Below, piece after piece: positions 61,596 through 64,000 of a DNA stretch of 64,000 bases. Positions within the stretch are counted from its first letter, which is position 1; each line of letters starts with the position of its first letter. The stretch is from an uncultured Chloroflexia bacterium. Lineage in GTDB: Bacteria > Chloroflexota > Anaerolineae > B4-G1 > SLSP01. The translations under genes were made by a program, and so were the position numbers. Under the pieces are notes generated by a model. That model searched no databases, was not told where the DNA came from, and saw nothing but the letters and a program-made list of their open reading frames with translations. The stretch is from NCBI GenBank assembly GCA_963751345.1, contig CAVVUS010000014.1, forward strand, positions 32,001 through 96,000, read 5' to 3'.

Positions 61596-64000
61596 TCAAT
61601 TGTCGTGGATTGGCACCCCCACCAGCATCCGGCTCTCCACGTCGACCAGCGGATCGACCTCACCGGCTGCCGCGGCCCGGGCGAAGACGAGGCCGGGGTA
61701 TTTTGCCCTCAACGCCCGCGTCAGCACGCTGAAGCTCTTGGTCACATTTCGCTCGCGGAAGGTCGCGCCCATCTGCTCCCACTGAGTCAAGATACCGGCC
61801 AGCCCCCGTCGCGCACCCGCGACGCAGGCGAACAACTCCTCAGGCGTCAACCCCTCGCTGTAGCCATGCCGCACGATGACAACACGGCCATGCTCGTCGA
61901 CCACGGGGCCGCGCCCCGCCACGAGCCACGCCATCTGCTCCAGTCCTGCGCCGCGCGCCTTGATCATCAGGATCTGCGGCCCAAGGTCGGCGGCCGTGGT
62001 GTCCGTCATGGCAGCTAACGCTTCTTGAACGGCCTCTCCATACATCTGCCACAACGCCGAATCCGTTGAGTCGGGCCGAGAGGGGAGCGGTGTGGTCTCC
62101 CCGACGAAGGGGCTCAGGGACGCGCCAGAGACTTTGACCGTCTCGAACCCACGCTGCATCAGTCGCTCGACAGCCAGCATCGCCGCACCCACGCTCTCCT
62201 CCCCCGCTCCCCTTGGAAGCAGCTTGGAGAGTGCGTCGGTCACGGTGGCAGCCGTGACAAAACCGCCGGAAGTGTTGACCGGCTGCCCGACGATCTCCGA
62301 GATCTCCGCCAGCCCCGCCGGATCGAGGCTCAGCTTCGCCAGCCCCCAGAGCGCATCCAGCGCGGGCACCAACGAGGCAAGCAGCCCGGGATCGCGCATC
62401 AGATGGCCGGCGACGGAGAGTCGCTCCCCGGCTTCCTGCTGGGCCGCTTCCGTGATAGGCAGGAAGACGGCGGCCTGGTCGCCGTCGAAGTCGGCATCCA
62501 ACCACCTGCACAGTGCAGGATGGAGGTGAAGCGCGTCATCCGGAACCCGGACGGGATGGAACGCCAGGAGTGCGGTGGGTGTCAGGGTCGGCGCGCGGTT
62601 GATGTAGACCCACGAGTGGGCCATCACGGCGTCAAGCACCTGCGAGGCGCGCTCGCTCCTGGCTGGGACGGCCTTCCCGTCGCCGGTCTCCCGTACGACG
62701 AGGGGACCAAAAAGCGCCCACGCCATCTCCTCGGGCATGCCGATCTGTTCCAGCGTCAGCTCGGCGGCGGGCGCCAGCACCGTGCGGGCACTGAAGAGCT
62801 CGCGGGCGCCGAGCCGTAACTGGACCGGCGTGAGGAGCGCGTCGAAGAGGGCACGGACGTGGCGTTCGAGCTGCGCGGTCGCGTCATCTACCAAGGTCTT
62901 GGGCGTCTGTGCGGCGAGCATACGCCTCACCCTGTCGTTGGCCTCGACCACCGCGCGATAGAGCCGCGGGAGCTCGTCCGACGCCTCCCACCAGCCTCCG
63001 GGCGGGAAGAGTACCTCCCTGAGGCCACCAACACGTTCCCTCTCGCCCGGATCGCCGATCTCGGTCAGGCGACGCTCGGGCAGCCACGGATGGGGGACCG
63101 GTCGCGCCAGCTTCAGAGCATCCTCCTGTGGCGGCGCGAAACGGAACGCCAGGCCGTTCTCCCCCAGCTCTGCCTCGATCCCCGCGACCCGAAGCCGGTC
63201 GGCCAGCTCCGCCAACAGTGGGGTCGGCGGAGGGGCCTGGGCCACAGGACCGGCGGCCAGCCGCTCTGCCAGCGTGCCGGCATCCTGCCCGCCCACTGCC
63301 GGGTGTTCAGATTCTCGCGGATGATCTCAAAGGCGCCCAGATCCCGCAGCATGAAGGTCTCCATCTCGCCCGTGCGCTGGCCCCATCGCTCTCCCGTCAG
63401 GACCAAGCGTCACGCAGCTTGTCCTTGGCGAGATGGTACAACCGCCCCCAGTAGACCCAGCCGACGGTGCTCGGCGCGTCGAGCGGCGGGCCATCCTTGC
63501 CCTGCGTGAGCGTCACCATGCCCGACTCGGGCAATCCGGCAGCGACCAGGCGCGCGCGAAGCTCATCCGCCGAAGGCGCACCAAAGGGCGGTACGATCGC
63601 CGGGTTCGCCTCGGCCTTCGCGACGCTGCCCAGGACCGCCTCGCGGATCTGTCCGAAGTTCATCCGCCGGTGCAGGTTGGCGAAGTTGAAGACCAGGTCG
63701 ACCGGCGTGCCATCGGGAAGATGCGGCATCCGGTCGTCGGGCAGGATCTGGCCGACCACCCCCTTCGTCCCGTGGCGATTGCTCATCTTGTCGCCGATCC
63801 GGAGCGCATAGGGGGTGTCGAACCGCCGCGCGCACGACTCGCTGACGACGATGGCATCCTCGTACGTCCCCGGCCCCCAGGAGACAAAGGCCGTGAGCAG
63901 GTTGCGACCGGCCCAGAAGTCCGGCGACAGCAGGGCGTCCGGCTCGTTGCCGGTCTGAACCCACGCGGGCTCCGGCATCTGCTGCACGATCCACTGCCTC
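61596..64000 (-). CDS. Miniaturised, divergent RNA polymerase beta-beta' fusion-like protein (5' part outside window; frameshifts near 63400 and 63300)
   Basis: beta motifs [52 protein letters not shown]; beta' motifs LYRAVV, NRAPTL, DADFDGDQ (DADFDGD at 62478-62498), EGLT...GARRGL. Confidence 0.85.

Noticed and set aside
5700-63420. Numerous frameshifts read as pseudogenes or programmed frameshifting
   Set aside because: They hit many unrelated genes as single-base indels, often in short homopolymers, and both halves stay conserved. Uncorrected long-read error is more parsimonious.
61596-64000. Housekeeping rpoB/rpoC
   Set aside because: Too short and too divergent, essential modules appear absent, and no ribosomal-protein genes follow.
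1-64000. CRISPR arrays, rRNA, IS transposases, prophage genes
   Set aside because: None recognisable in the window. The feature typed CRISPR at 21693..22772 with confidence 0 is a labelling slip for ada and should be ignored.

Overview
GC-rich bacterial chromosome segment, most likely Chloroflexota/Anaerolineae-like. This is an inference from the LysW pathway, a GAAC-N4-GTTC LexA box, a heliorhodopsin and Pro/Thr-linker lipoproteins. Many genes carry single-base frameshifts, probably long-read indels. Left end: a lysW-lysX-lysY-lysZ-lysJ-carA operon under a putative Arg-codon leader-peptide attenuator, and a divergent LexA-boxed FtsK-like ATPase plus membrane protein pair. Middle: glycoside hydrolases, tRNA-Lys, transporters, ada with an Ada box, a heliorhodopsin, a MarR/amino-acid ABC operon, three ABC exporters behind a uORF/terminator leader, and a tandemly duplicated module of a SARP-STAND regulator divergent from a secreted HExxH protein. 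Right: an MprAB-like two-component regulon (htrA, MacAB-like genes, TCTCAG boxes). At the right edge is the most striking feature: a divergent, miniaturised RNA-polymerase beta-beta' fusion that keeps the catalytic motifs but appears to lack the flap, Zn-finger, rudder and trigger loop.
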